Positions 1 to 7,660 are shown, numbered from the stretch's first letter. The stretch: 8,009 nt of DNA from Chthonomonadales bacterium (GCA_038217285.1 JBBQPO010000279.1:1-8009); one strand, 5' to 3'. The notes: a model not told the origin generated them from the letters alone. Numbers and translations are program-made.

Positions 1-9
1 CCTGTCCAT
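1..9 (-). CDS. istA: First three codons (M-D-R) of the probable IS21 transposase, truncated by the window edge
   Basis: The minus strand reads ccAAGGAGagccca-ATG GAC AGG, a good SD plus ATG in the position expected for istA inside an IS21 left end. Only 3 codons are visible, so the identity comes from context. Confidence 0.55.
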
Positions 10-67
10 TGGGCTCTCCTTGGGCTGGATTTCTCCCCTTACAGAGTAGCCGCGAAAGTGACCGGAG

Positions 68-136
68 GTGGGCCATTTTAGAGTATCGAAGTGGACCAAT
101 TTACGGTATCGAAGTGGGCCAGTTTATTATATCAAA
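68..136. repeat. Three tandem imperfect 23-bp repeats (probable transposase-binding sites of the IS21 end)
   Basis: 68-90 gtgggccattttagagtatcgaa; 91-113 gtggaccaatttacggtatcgaa; 114-136 gtgggccagtttattatatcaaa. They abut with no spacers and are followed by acca (137-140). Confidence 0.9.
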
Positions 137-405
137 ACCAATGATATAAGACATCGAAAAAGGGCGTGGGAAGACATGCTTCGGCACTACTGAACATCCA
201 TCTCCAACTTGCTCATAAGAAGGATTACCAACCAACAGGCATAAAATACTCAACAGTCTGAACTGCAGCAGGCCATAGCTCTACTGGACAGTGCCGCCCC
301 GTTTAAGGTATCTTCCTGGCAGGCTCCTCACTGCGTCTTCGTGCCTGGTTATCGGGCGCGGACAGAAGAAGATCCTGTAGGACCGGTTGGGTAGGGAGGG
401 CTGCT

Positions 406-1377
406 GTGCGGAAGTGGATCGTGCTGGGGATCGTGCTGCTGTTGGTGCTGGGGCTGGCAACGTGGTGGGCTCGCAACCGCAGGGGGGCGTTCCACGCCGC
501 CAACAAACCAACGCATATCTATATCGCGGATACCATGAATAACCGCATCGTTCGCATCGACGACATGATGGGCAAAGGCTGGAAGTCGCTGGGAACGGTG
601 GCGAGCACAGAGGCCAACCATTTCGATAAGCCACATAGTCTCTACGTCGACGAAGATGACCATATCGCCATTGCCGATACGGGCAACTGCCGAATCGTAC
701 GCATGGACGATATGACCGGACTGAACTGGCAGATCTTCGGCCGACGCGGCGATGGCGCCTCGCAGTTCAATCAGCCGGCCTCGATCTTTGTGGACGGTAA
801 CGACCATCTCTATATCGCCGACCGCAACAACGACCGCATCACCGCCACGGACGATATGGCCGGAACGCACTGGATAGAACTCGGTAAGCAAGGAACCGGG
901 GTCAATGAGTTCAGCTTTCCGACCGGAATCTTTGTAGACGCCTCGGAACATATCTACGTTGCGGACACGATGAACCTCCCCAATAACACCATCAATAACC
1001 GTATCATTCGCATGGACGATACGTATGGCCTCAACTGGATCAGTTTTAAAGGCCCCTTTGCCACTCCCTCCGCCCTCTATGTCGACCACGCGAATCACAT
1101 CTATGTCGCAGACAGCCTCAATCACCGCATCTCTCGTATGGATGACATGAACGGGAAGAACCTGATGTTTCTGGGGAAACCGGGCGGCGGAGATCTGCAC
1201 TTCAACCAGCCAACCGGCCTCTTCGTCGATGATGACGGACGCATCTATATCGCCGACACCGGCAATGATCGTATTGTGCGTGTAGACGATATGACGGGCA
1301 AAGGCTGGGTCACCTTCGGAACTTCGGGAAGAGGCGCCCATCAACTCAACGCCCCTGGGGGCGTTTTCGTCCGCTAA
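406..1377 (+). CDS. NHL-repeat six-bladed beta-propeller protein with N-terminal signal/membrane anchor (323 aa)
   Basis: GTG start after a GGGAGG SD. N-terminus MRKW + hydrophobic IVLGIVLLLVLGLATWW + basic RNRR. Six ~47-aa repeats of F-x-x-P-x-x-(I/L)-(F/Y)-VD...IYIADTxNxRIxRxDDMxG. Confidence 0.92.
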   Translation: MRKWIVLGIVLLLVLGLATWWARNRRGAFHAANKPTHIYIADTMNNRIVRIDDMMGKGWKSLGTVASTEANHFDKPHSLYVDEDDHIAIADTGNCRIVRMDDMTGLNWQIFGRRGDGASQFNQPASIFVDGNDHLYIADRNNDRITATDDMAGTHWIELGKQGTGVNEFSFPTGIFVDASEHIYVADTMNLPNNTINNRIIRMDDTYGLNWISFKGPFATPSALYVDHANHIYVADSLNHRISRMDDMNGKNLMFLGKPGGGDLHFNQPTGLFVDDDGRIYIADTGNDRIVRVDDMTGKGWVTFGTSGRGAHQLNAPGGVFVR

Positions 1378-1386
1378 CGATCTGCG

Positions 1387-1395
1387 TGGTATAAT
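1387..1395 (+). promoter_or_regulatory. Extended -10 promoter element (TGnTATAAT) for the response regulator gene
   Basis: TGGTATAAT at 1387-1395 is a perfect match, in the AT-rich gap ~60-80 bp upstream of the regulator start. There is no convincing -35. Confidence 0.65.
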
Positions 1396-1455
1396 AACTT
1401 AAGACGTACTGTTATCTGCAATAAGACTGGCTTTCTCAGCTCCTGAGTCCGCGAG

Positions 1456-2151
1456 GTGGAGAGCCAGAGAGGAACCGTGCAGCCCTTGGATGATCTCAAA
1501 ACCCGTCCGGTCATTTCCGTTATGGTAGTCGACGACCATGAGATATGGCGAGACGGCGTTCGGAGTATGCTTAAAGATACTGAATTTGAAGTCGTCGGCG
1601 AAGCGGCCTCCGGAAAGGAGGCGATCGAGACCGTTGGCGATATCCTGCCGCGACTGGTGCTCTTGGACATCCGCATGGCCGGCGGCGACGGATTCGAGAC
1701 GCTGACGGCTCTGAAAGCAAGCCGCCCGCAGATCTCGGTCGTCATGTTGACGACCTACAGCAATCCCACTTTCATGGCGCGTGCCGTGGCGGGGGGAGCC
1801 TCCGGCTATCTTCTCAAGGGTGTCAAACGGCAGGAACTCCTAGATGCCCTGCGCGCCGTGGCCGACGGGGAGACGCTGCTCTCAAGAGAAGACCTGGTCC
1901 ATTCACTGCGCTGTGTCAGCGACAATAGCCACGGGTCGGAGGAGCTGGCGGAACCGCTGACGCCAAGAGAAGTGGAAGTGCTTCGTCTCCTGGCGACCGG
2001 GCTTTCCAATCGGGACATCGCGTCCCTGCTCTTTATCGGAGAAGGCACGGTCAAGACGCACGTCGAACACATTATCGGCAAACTCTCTGTCTCCGATCGG
2101 GTGCAGGCGGCTGTCTGGGCCGCTCGACAGGGTCTTGTACAGACGCTCTGA
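1456..2151 (+). CDS. NarL/FixJ (LuxR-type HTH) two-component response regulator; the true start may be GTG at 1477
   Basis: Receiver motifs VVDDH, LVLLDIRM (phospho-Asp), MLTT and GYLLKG. C-terminal LuxR HTH LTPREVEVLRLLATGLSNRDIA...TVKTHVEHI..KL. AGAGGA SD precedes in-frame GTG 1477. Confidence 0.96.
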   Translation: MESQRGTVQPLDDLKTRPVISVMVVDDHEIWRDGVRSMLKDTEFEVVGEAASGKEAIETVGDILPRLVLLDIRMAGGDGFETLTALKASRPQISVVMLTTYSNPTFMARAVAGGASGYLLKGVKRQELLDALRAVADGETLLSREDLVHSLRCVSDNSHGSEELAEPLTPREVEVLRLLATGLSNRDIASLLFIGEGTVKTHVEHIIGKLSVSDRVQAAVWAARQGLVQTL

Positions 2152-2177
2152 TTACGGGGAAGAATGCTCTCCACCGT

Positions 2178-2210
2178 GTAACGGCCCGCCTTCCAAAGGC
2201 GGGCCGTTAC
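2178..2210. terminator. Perfect 15-bp inverted repeat between convergent genes; probable bidirectional terminator or stabilising hairpin
   Basis: gtaacggcccgcctt-cca-aaggcgggccgttac, 26 nt after the regulator stop. Only a weak U-rich tail (tctgtt) on the + strand. Confidence 0.65.
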
Positions 2211-2325
2211 TCTGTTAGGCGGGAATACGGCGGTTTTGCCAGCCCCGATAGTCTCGCAAACCTCTCCGAAATCGTCCCGAAGATCCTTGGCATGCGTGCC
2301 CCTGGAGAGGGCGGTCTCTGCAGGG

Positions 2326-4500
2326 TCAATCGGGAACCGGAAATACGGCTCTGATTCGTGTGCCCTCCCCGGGAACGCTCCATATCTCAAAGCTTCCATG
2401 CAGCAGATTCACGTGCTCCGCCATGCTGTGAAGGCCCAGATGATTGTACTCCTTGCGCTTGGCCTGCGCCTCGAAGCCTTTGCCCCAGTCGCGTACCTCC
2501 AGCGTCAGACGCGAAGGACCGGACTGCGTGGCAGGCTCATTTCTCAACAGTACCTGGACTTGATCTGTTTCCGCGTGTTTACGGGCATTGGCGAGCGCCT
2601 CTTGCGCCACCCGATAAACGGCGGTTTCCAGAACCGTCTCGAACCGCTGGATCGGAATGTTATGGTGCAGTTCCGCCTTCTGCCAGCCTGCACGCAGCTT
2701 CTCTTCCGTCAGCAGTTGTTCCAAGGCCCCTGTCAATCCCAGATCATCCAGAACGAGAGACCTCAGGTTGTTGACCACGCGGCGCGCTTCGACCACGGCC
2801 TGAGAGAGGTATTTCAACCCCTTTTCCAGGTCTTCCGGCATCTGTTCCTGCGTCGCCCGGTAGCGCTCGGCATACGTGTCCATAAACGCCTGGGACGCCA
2901 TGACATACTGGGTTAAACCGTCGTGCAGATCATAAGCCATCGCCCGGCGTTCGTCTTCCAGCATATTCATAAAACCATGGGTCAGCAGTTGCTGTTGCTT
3001 GCGAATCTGCTCCTCTGCCTGTTTGCGTTCGGAGATATCGACCGTTACTCCCCGCAGACCGATCGTCTGGCCGCCCTCATCTTGAATAGGCAGCAGACGG
3101 GTCTCGACCCAGAGCGGCTGTCCCTCTTTGGTCATCCAGAGAAAATCGAGATCCCGTCGTTCGCCGTTGCGCCGAATCTCGTTGAGCTCCTGCACAACCA
3201 TAGCATGGTCGTCCGGATGAACGATCTGAAGCCAGAAATCTCGACTGTCGAGCCACTCCGAGAGAGAATAACCCAGCATTGTGCCGACATAACCGCTGGC
3301 GAAGTCCGACCGAAGTGAGCGGATCTCTTCGCCTTCCCAGACCTCCCAGATAACGGCAGGCACCTGGACGAGAATGTCCCGCAGTCGCTCCCCTTTTTGA
3401 TGCAACTGCTGCGTCAAACGCAGGTTTTCGAGGGCAATCCCGGCTTCGTTCGTGAAAACGGAAAGCAGTCTTACCTCCTCTTCCGGGATTGGGGACGACC
3501 TGTCGGTCTGATTGTGACGCAGTATGCTGAGCGTCCCGATAACGCCTGTCCGATCTCGCATAGGCGCGATGACGGAGGAGCCCACCAGGCCGTACTTCTC
3601 CACAGTGGGCTTATGATGACGTGGCGACAGCAGATCGGCCGCCACCAGAGTCGTCCCGGTGCGCCACACGTAGGCATGCACATCTTCGTCCAGATCTTCC
3701 TCGTCGTACAGTGCGCGGACGGTGTCGCGCACGGCCCCGGGTGGAAACCCATGTCCTGCGACGCCTTCTATCACACGCTCGCCCTGGTTCACAATACAGA
3801 GCATGACCCAATCCAGGGGAAAGACGCTGCTGACGGCCTCTACGATGAACTGATAGAGCTGATTCAGAGTGGTGGCTTCATGCAGTCGGGCGCTATGACG
3901 CTCGAGAAGAACGAACTGGGCATTGTGGCGTTGCAGAGCCTGCTGCGACTGCTTACGCTCCGTGATATCGAAGAGGGCGATCCGAAAGCGGTCGCCGGAC
4001 GCTTCGGCGCCGCCGACCGCAATGCCTTCCAGTTGGCCGTAAAAGCTGTGTCCCGTTTTCGCGACGAAGCACAGTTCGCATGTCTGTTTTACGCCGGTTT
4101 CCACCAGTCGCTTCCAGTAGGCGGGGCACTCCCTCCGAGAAGCGGTATCCATAAAGTCGATCAGCGGCAGATTCTGCAAGGTCCGGACGTCACTGCCCAG
4201 GAGAGCCGCACCCATGAGATTAGTTTCTCGTATGCGTGTCTCTGAATCCAGCGTGAAATAGCCGATCGGAGCGAGATCGTACATATCGCTGTATCTGGCG
4301 CGAAACCCTTCCGCTTCCAGACGAGCCTGCAGCAACGCCTCATTGAGCTGCTGTAGAGAGACATGGCCCTGCCCGCCTTCCTGATGCAGGAGGGCAGGCC
4401 CCGAAACTGCTTTCGGGGCGGCAACGCTCTGCAGGCCGGCTGTGATGAGTTCTGAACTTCCCGGATCTGGTTTCATAACTTCACGATCTATCCAATACAC
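2326..4500 (-). CDS. Soluble multi-sensor histidine kinase, PAS-GAF-PAS-HisKA_3-HATPase (NarX/UhpB-like class); alternative start ATG 4476
   Basis: PAS1 (YDLAPIGYFTLD...FDITERK), GAF (IAPMRDRTGVIGTL...EEEVRLLSVFTNEAGIALEN) and PAS2 (VHPDD...WVE...DISERKQAE). H-box ERRAMAYDLHDGLTQ, N-box QEALANARKHA, G boxes DWGKGF, GLHSM and PGEGT. No transmembrane segment is apparent. Confidence 0.95.
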   Translation of the reverse strand: MYWIDREVMKPDPGSSELITAGLQSVAAPKAVSGPALLHQEGGQGHVSLQQLNEALLQARLEAEGFRARYSDMYDLAPIGYFTLDSETRIRETNLMGAALLGSDVRTLQNLPLIDFMDTASRRECPAYWKRLVETGVKQTCELCFVAKTGHSFYGQLEGIAVGGAEASGDRFRIALFDITERKQSQQALQRHNAQFVLLERHSARLHEATTLNQLYQFIVEAVSSVFPLDWVMLCIVNQGERVIEGVAGHGFPPGAVRDTVRALYDEEDLDEDVHAYVWRTGTTLVAADLLSPRHHKPTVEKYGLVGSSVIAPMRDRTGVIGTLSILRHNQTDRSSPIPEEEVRLLSVFTNEAGIALENLRLTQQLHQKGERLRDILVQVPAVIWEVWEGEEIRSLRSDFASGYVGTMLGYSLSEWLDSRDFWLQIVHPDDHAMVVQELNEIRRNGERRDLDFLWMTKEGQPLWVETRLLPIQDEGGQTIGLRGVTVDISERKQAEEQIRKQQQLLTHGFMNMLEDERRAMAYDLHDGLTQYVMASQAFMDTYAERYRATQEQMPEDLEKGLKYLSQAVVEARRVVNNLRSLVLDDLGLTGALEQLLTEEKLRAGWQKAELHHNIPIQRFETVLETAVYRVAQEALANARKHAETDQVQVLLRNEPATQSGPSRLTLEVRDWGKGFEAQAKRKEYNHLGLHSMAEHVNLLHGSFEIWSVPGEGTRIRAVFPVPD

Positions 4501-4538
4501 GCGTCAATGAGTCGGAAAGGCGACGATCAAACAGATCT

Positions 4539-4588
4539 ATTATAGCCCTCGAATCCGATTTTTGCCGTCTGCTGTTCGGCAGATTTTG
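4539..4588 (-). promoter_or_regulatory. Putative kinase promoter: palindromic operator (4565-4588) plus -10 TATAAT (4544-4539)
   Basis: The minus strand reads caaaatctgccgaacagcagacgg, then 20 nt, then a perfect TATAAT. Confidence 0.72.
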
Positions 4589-4654
4589 CGTTATAAATCG
4601 CACACCTGCCGACGGCTCTCTCCGCCCGCAAATCCTCCCTTTCGCCTCCTCGCT

Positions 4655-4703
4655 CAAAATGTGCCGTTTCGCAGATGTTTTCCTGAGCCTGTCCTGACAT
4701 ACT
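4655..4703 (+). promoter_or_regulatory. Putative pilBC promoter: palindromic operator (4655-4678) plus extended -10 TGaCATACT (4695-4703)
   Basis: caaaatgtgccgtttcgcagatgt, then 19 nt, then CATACT. The motif is 23/24 identical to the copy at 7686-7709. Confidence 0.72.
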
Positions 4704-4732
4704 AAACCAGGCGTGAAGAGAGGAACAGCGCA

Positions 4733-6445
4733 ATGGTCACTATGGACGTAAAATCCTATAAACTGCCTCTGGGCGAGCGCCTTGTCGCTCAAGGGCTGAT
4801 AAATGAGCGCCAGTTGGCGCAGGCGCTGGAGTACCAGCAGGAGAGCCACACTTTTCTCGGGCAGGCGCTGGTCTCATTAGGGTTTCTCACGATGACGGCC
4901 GTCGGCCCGATTCTGGAAGAGACCTCCGGATTTCCTTACGTTGACCTTTCCAGTACCGATATAGATATGGAAGCCGCGCGCCTGCTTCCCGAGACGCTGG
5001 CGCGCGAGAAGCGGGTGCTGCTGTTCGCCGCTACCGAAACCACGGCGCGTGTGGCGATGATGGATCCCCTGAACCTGACTCTCGTGGATGAGCTGCGAGG
5101 CCGCCTGCACAAACGGGTGTTTCCCTACGTCGTCTTCGAAACCGACTTGATGGACGCCATCGGACGTGTCTACGATATTCGCCTGAGAACGCAGAAGGTG
5201 CTGGACGAGATCGCCGAAGTGCCCAATGTGGATCCAGAACTGTCGGTGGACGCCCTGATCAATATGGCCGAAGATGCGCCCATTGTCCGACTGGTCAACA
5301 GTCTCATTCAATCGGCGGTTTCGTCGGGGGCCAGCGACCTGCACATCGAGCCGCAAGAGAAATCGGTTCGCATTCGCTTTCGGCAGGACGGGGTACTGTA
5401 CGAGCAGGCGACGATCCCGCGCCAGCATCTGGCCGCCGTCGCTTCCCGCATCAAGATCATGGCACAAATGAATATCGCGGAACGGCGGCGCCCCCAGGAC
5501 GGCAGAATCGCCTTTCGTTCGGCCAACGGTCAGCAGTACGATCTCCGTGTCAGCTCTCTTCCTCTTATTTACGGCGAGAAAATCGTTATGCGCGTTCTGG
5601 CCAAGAACGGCTCCTTTGCCAACTCCGCGACCCTGGGATTTTTTCCGCAGCAGAAGGAGATGTTCGAGAAATTCATCCGGCAGGCGCACGGACTGATGCT
5701 GGTGACCGGCCCCACGGGATCGGGGAAATCCACGACACTGTTCGCCGCACTCAACCAGATCAACGACTCCACCCGCAACATCAATACCGTGGAAGACCCG
5801 GTCGAGTACAACGTGCCCGGCGTCAACCAGATGCAGGTGAATACGCAGATCGGAGTCACCTTCTCCGCCGGACTGCGCACCCTCCTCCGCCAGGACCCGG
5901 ATGTGGTCATGGTCGGAGAGATTCGCGATCACGAAACCGCCGAGATGGCGGTTCAAGCGGCTCTGACAGGCCACCTTGTCCTCTCGACGCTCCACACCAA
6001 CAGCGCGGCGGGAGCGCTCACCCGCCTGCTGAATATGGGGATCGAACCTTTTCTGATCACCTCTTCGCTGATCGGATCTATAGGGCAGCGGTTGTTACGC
6101 ACCATCTGCCCTAACTGCCGCGAATCCCAGCCGGTCGATCGCGCCAAACTGGCCATACTGGGCGATATACCAGACGCGAGGATTCCGGACACGCTGCCGG
6201 TCGGACGCGGATGCGAAAAGTGCGGAGGCCGTGGCATGAAGGGCAGAACCGCCGTCTATGAGCTTATGCCCATGACGGATACGATTCGCGAGATGGTGAT
6301 GCGGAACGCACCGACCGAGGATATTCATCATCAGGCCGTCGCCGCTGGAATGATCACTCTGCGCAACGCTGGCCTGGAGAAGGTGCTGATGGGACAGATT
6401 ACGCCCGATGAGCTGTTGCGCGTTCTGTTTTCGGAGGGGGTTTAA
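4733..6445 (+). CDS. pilB: Type IV pilus assembly ATPase PilB / GspE-family ATPase with N-terminal MshEN-like domain (570 aa)
   Basis: LGERLVAQGLI..QLAQAL..Q MshEN-like motif, ASDLHIEP, ERRRPQDGRI, Walker A GPTGSGKS, Asp box TVEDPVEY, LRQDPDVVMVGEIRD, His box TGHLVLSTLHTN, and tetracysteine Zn motif CPNC...CEKC. SD GAGAGG upstream. Confidence 0.95.
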   Translation: MVTMDVKSYKLPLGERLVAQGLINERQLAQALEYQQESHTFLGQALVSLGFLTMTAVGPILEETSGFPYVDLSSTDIDMEAARLLPETLAREKRVLLFAATETTARVAMMDPLNLTLVDELRGRLHKRVFPYVVFETDLMDAIGRVYDIRLRTQKVLDEIAEVPNVDPELSVDALINMAEDAPIVRLVNSLIQSAVSSGASDLHIEPQEKSVRIRFRQDGVLYEQATIPRQHLAAVASRIKIMAQMNIAERRRPQDGRIAFRSANGQQYDLRVSSLPLIYGEKIVMRVLAKNGSFANSATLGFFPQQKEMFEKFIRQAHGLMLVTGPTGSGKSTTLFAALNQINDSTRNINTVEDPVEYNVPGVNQMQVNTQIGVTFSAGLRTLLRQDPDVVMVGEIRDHETAEMAVQAALTGHLVLSTLHTNSAAGALTRLLNMGIEPFLITSSLIGSIGQRLLRTICPNCRESQPVDRAKLAILGDIPDARIPDTLPVGRGCEKCGGRGMKGRTAVYELMPMTDTIREMVMRNAPTEDIHHQAVAAGMITLRNAGLEKVLMGQITPDELLRVLFSEGV

Positions 6446-6448
6446 CTC

Positions 6449-7660
6449 ATGGCTGTGTTCAGTTATGTCGCCCGCGATCAAGAGGGTAATCAGCGTCTGG
6501 GTACGATCGAGGGGCGCGACCTGGGAGACGCCCGCGAAAACGTGCGTGCCCGCGATCTCTACGTCGTCACGATCCAGCGTAAAGCGGATACGAGCAAGCA
6601 GTTCTCGCTCTTTCGTAAAAAGAAGGTGAAACTGGGAGACCTCGTTGTGATGAGCCGCCAACTGGCCACTCTGTTCCGGTCGGGCATCTCGCTGTTGGAC
6701 TGCCTCTATGCCGCCTCTCGCCAGTCCGAAAGCCCGATGCTCGCCCAGGCGCTGGAGGGGGTGCGCCTGGCCGTCATGGGTGGCAGTACGCTGACCGATG
6801 CCATGAAACAGTTTCCCGACGTGTTCAGCGGAAAGTTTATCGCTCTGGCCCAAGCCGGCGAGGCAGGCGGTGTCCTGGACCAGACGCTGGAGGTGGCTGC
6901 CGATCAGTTCGACCGCGAGGCGGACCTTCAGGAAAAAATCAAGGCCGCTGCCGTCTACCCGACCATCGTCATGTGCGCCTGCGTCGGGGTCGTGATCTTC
7001 ATGCTGGTCTTCATCGTGCCAGTCTTCGCGACGGTTTACACGCAGTTCCACGCCAAGCTGCCACCTCTCACGACCCTGTTGATCAACGTCAGTGACGTTC
7101 TGTTGACCTACTGGTGGGCGGTGTTGATGACCGTGGTCGTTACCACCCAGTTAAGCAAGAGGTTCATTCGCACTCCTTATGGAATGCGGTGCTATCATCG
7201 CTTGCAGCTCAAGATCCCGCTGCTCGGCAAGCTGAACCGCAAGGTGGCAGTCGCCCGGTTTACCGAAACCTTCTCGGGAGCGGTCACGGCAGGCATTCCG
7301 ATCCTGCAGGCTCTCTCCGTCTCCGGCCAGACGACCGGTAACGTCATCATCATGGACGCCATCGAGCGAGCCGCCACGCAGGTGCAGGAAGGCGCTCCGC
7401 TGGCTCCCTCTCTGGAACAGTCGGGGGAGTTTCCCCCGATGATCATCTATATGATCGCCGCAGGCGAGCAGTCCGGCAGCCTGGATATCATGCTAGCGGA
7501 GATCACCCGGTTCTACAGCCGGGATATCGAGTATGCAGTCGGTAAACTCACGCGCGCCATGGAACCCCTGATGACCATTCTGATCGGTATCATCGTGCTC
7601 TTCATTCTGCTCGCGCTCTATATGCCGGTCTTCAATATGACCCAGGTCATTCAGAAGTAG
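6449..7660 (+). CDS. pilC: Type IV pilus inner-membrane platform protein PilC / GspF family (403 aa)
   Basis: RQLATLFRSGI, AGEAGGVLD..L, KIKAAAVYP, LP..T..L, AGEQSGSLD.ML and C-terminal MEP..T...G..V...LALYMPVF, with three hydrophobic segments. Starts 3 nt after the pilB stop, with SD GGAGG inside the pilB end. Confidence 0.96.
   Translation: MAVFSYVARDQEGNQRLGTIEGRDLGDARENVRARDLYVVTIQRKADTSKQFSLFRKKKVKLGDLVVMSRQLATLFRSGISLLDCLYAASRQSESPMLAQALEGVRLAVMGGSTLTDAMKQFPDVFSGKFIALAQAGEAGGVLDQTLEVAADQFDREADLQEKIKAAAVYPTIVMCACVGVVIFMLVFIVPVFATVYTQFHAKLPPLTTLLINVSDVLLTYWWAVLMTVVVTTQLSKRFIRTPYGMRCYHRLQLKIPLLGKLNRKVAVARFTETFSGAVTAGIPILQALSVSGQTTGNVIIMDAIERAATQVQEGAPLAPSLEQSGEFPPMIIYMIAAGEQSGSLDIMLAEITRFYSRDIEYAVGKLTRAMEPLMTILIGIIVLFILLALYMPVFNMTQVIQK

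Larger units (their letters stand above)
1..140 (-). mobile_element. Left end (IRL side) of an IS21-family insertion sequence; the element body lies off the left edge of the window
   Basis: The minus strand reads TGGTTTTGATATAATAAACTGGCCCAC from 140. A 5'-TG terminus followed by multiple ~23-bp subterminal repeats is the hallmark of IS21-family ends. An RBS and ATG follow ~130 bp inside, pointing inward. Confidence 0.8.

Noticed and set aside
68..136. Tandem 23-bp repeats as a mini CRISPR array or iterons
   Set aside because: There are no spacers, the repeats are degenerate, and they end at a CA terminus with an inward RBS/ATG. An IS21 end explains them better.
281..1344. Minus-strand ORFs 281..634, 303..506 and 349..1344
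   Set aside because: Antisense shadows of the NHL gene. Their apparent periodicity simply mirrors the NHL repeats.
1348..1365. Palindrome aacgcccc-tg-ggggcgtt upstream of the regulator -10
   Set aside because: It lies within NHL coding sequence (NAPGGV), is unrelated to the ATCTGC dyad and occurs once, so it is probably coincidental.
1380..1419. ATCTGC half-sites near the regulator promoter (1380-1385, 1414-1419)
   Set aside because: Only hexamers, with no partner GCAGAT at N6 spacing. Too weak to call operator sites.
2255..2310. gcaaacctctccgaaa resembling the start of a c-di-GMP-I riboswitch
   Set aside because: The GAAA loop is not closed by a complementary stem, there is no following GACGCAAAG-like segment, and it sits between two 3' ends.
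1466..4726. Shared 10-mer agagaggaac (1466-1475 and 4717-4726) in the regulator and pilB leaders
   Set aside because: Mostly accounted for by the Shine-Dalgarno sequence, with no further conserved structure.
1374..4849. ORFs 1374..1745, 1806..2399, 2236..2916, 2358..2774, 2923..3318, 3397..4245, 4481..4849 and smaller nested ORFs
   Set aside because: They overlap the well-supported regulator, kinase or pilB genes on the opposite strand or in another frame and have no recognisable motifs. Such ORFs are expected in GC-rich DNA.
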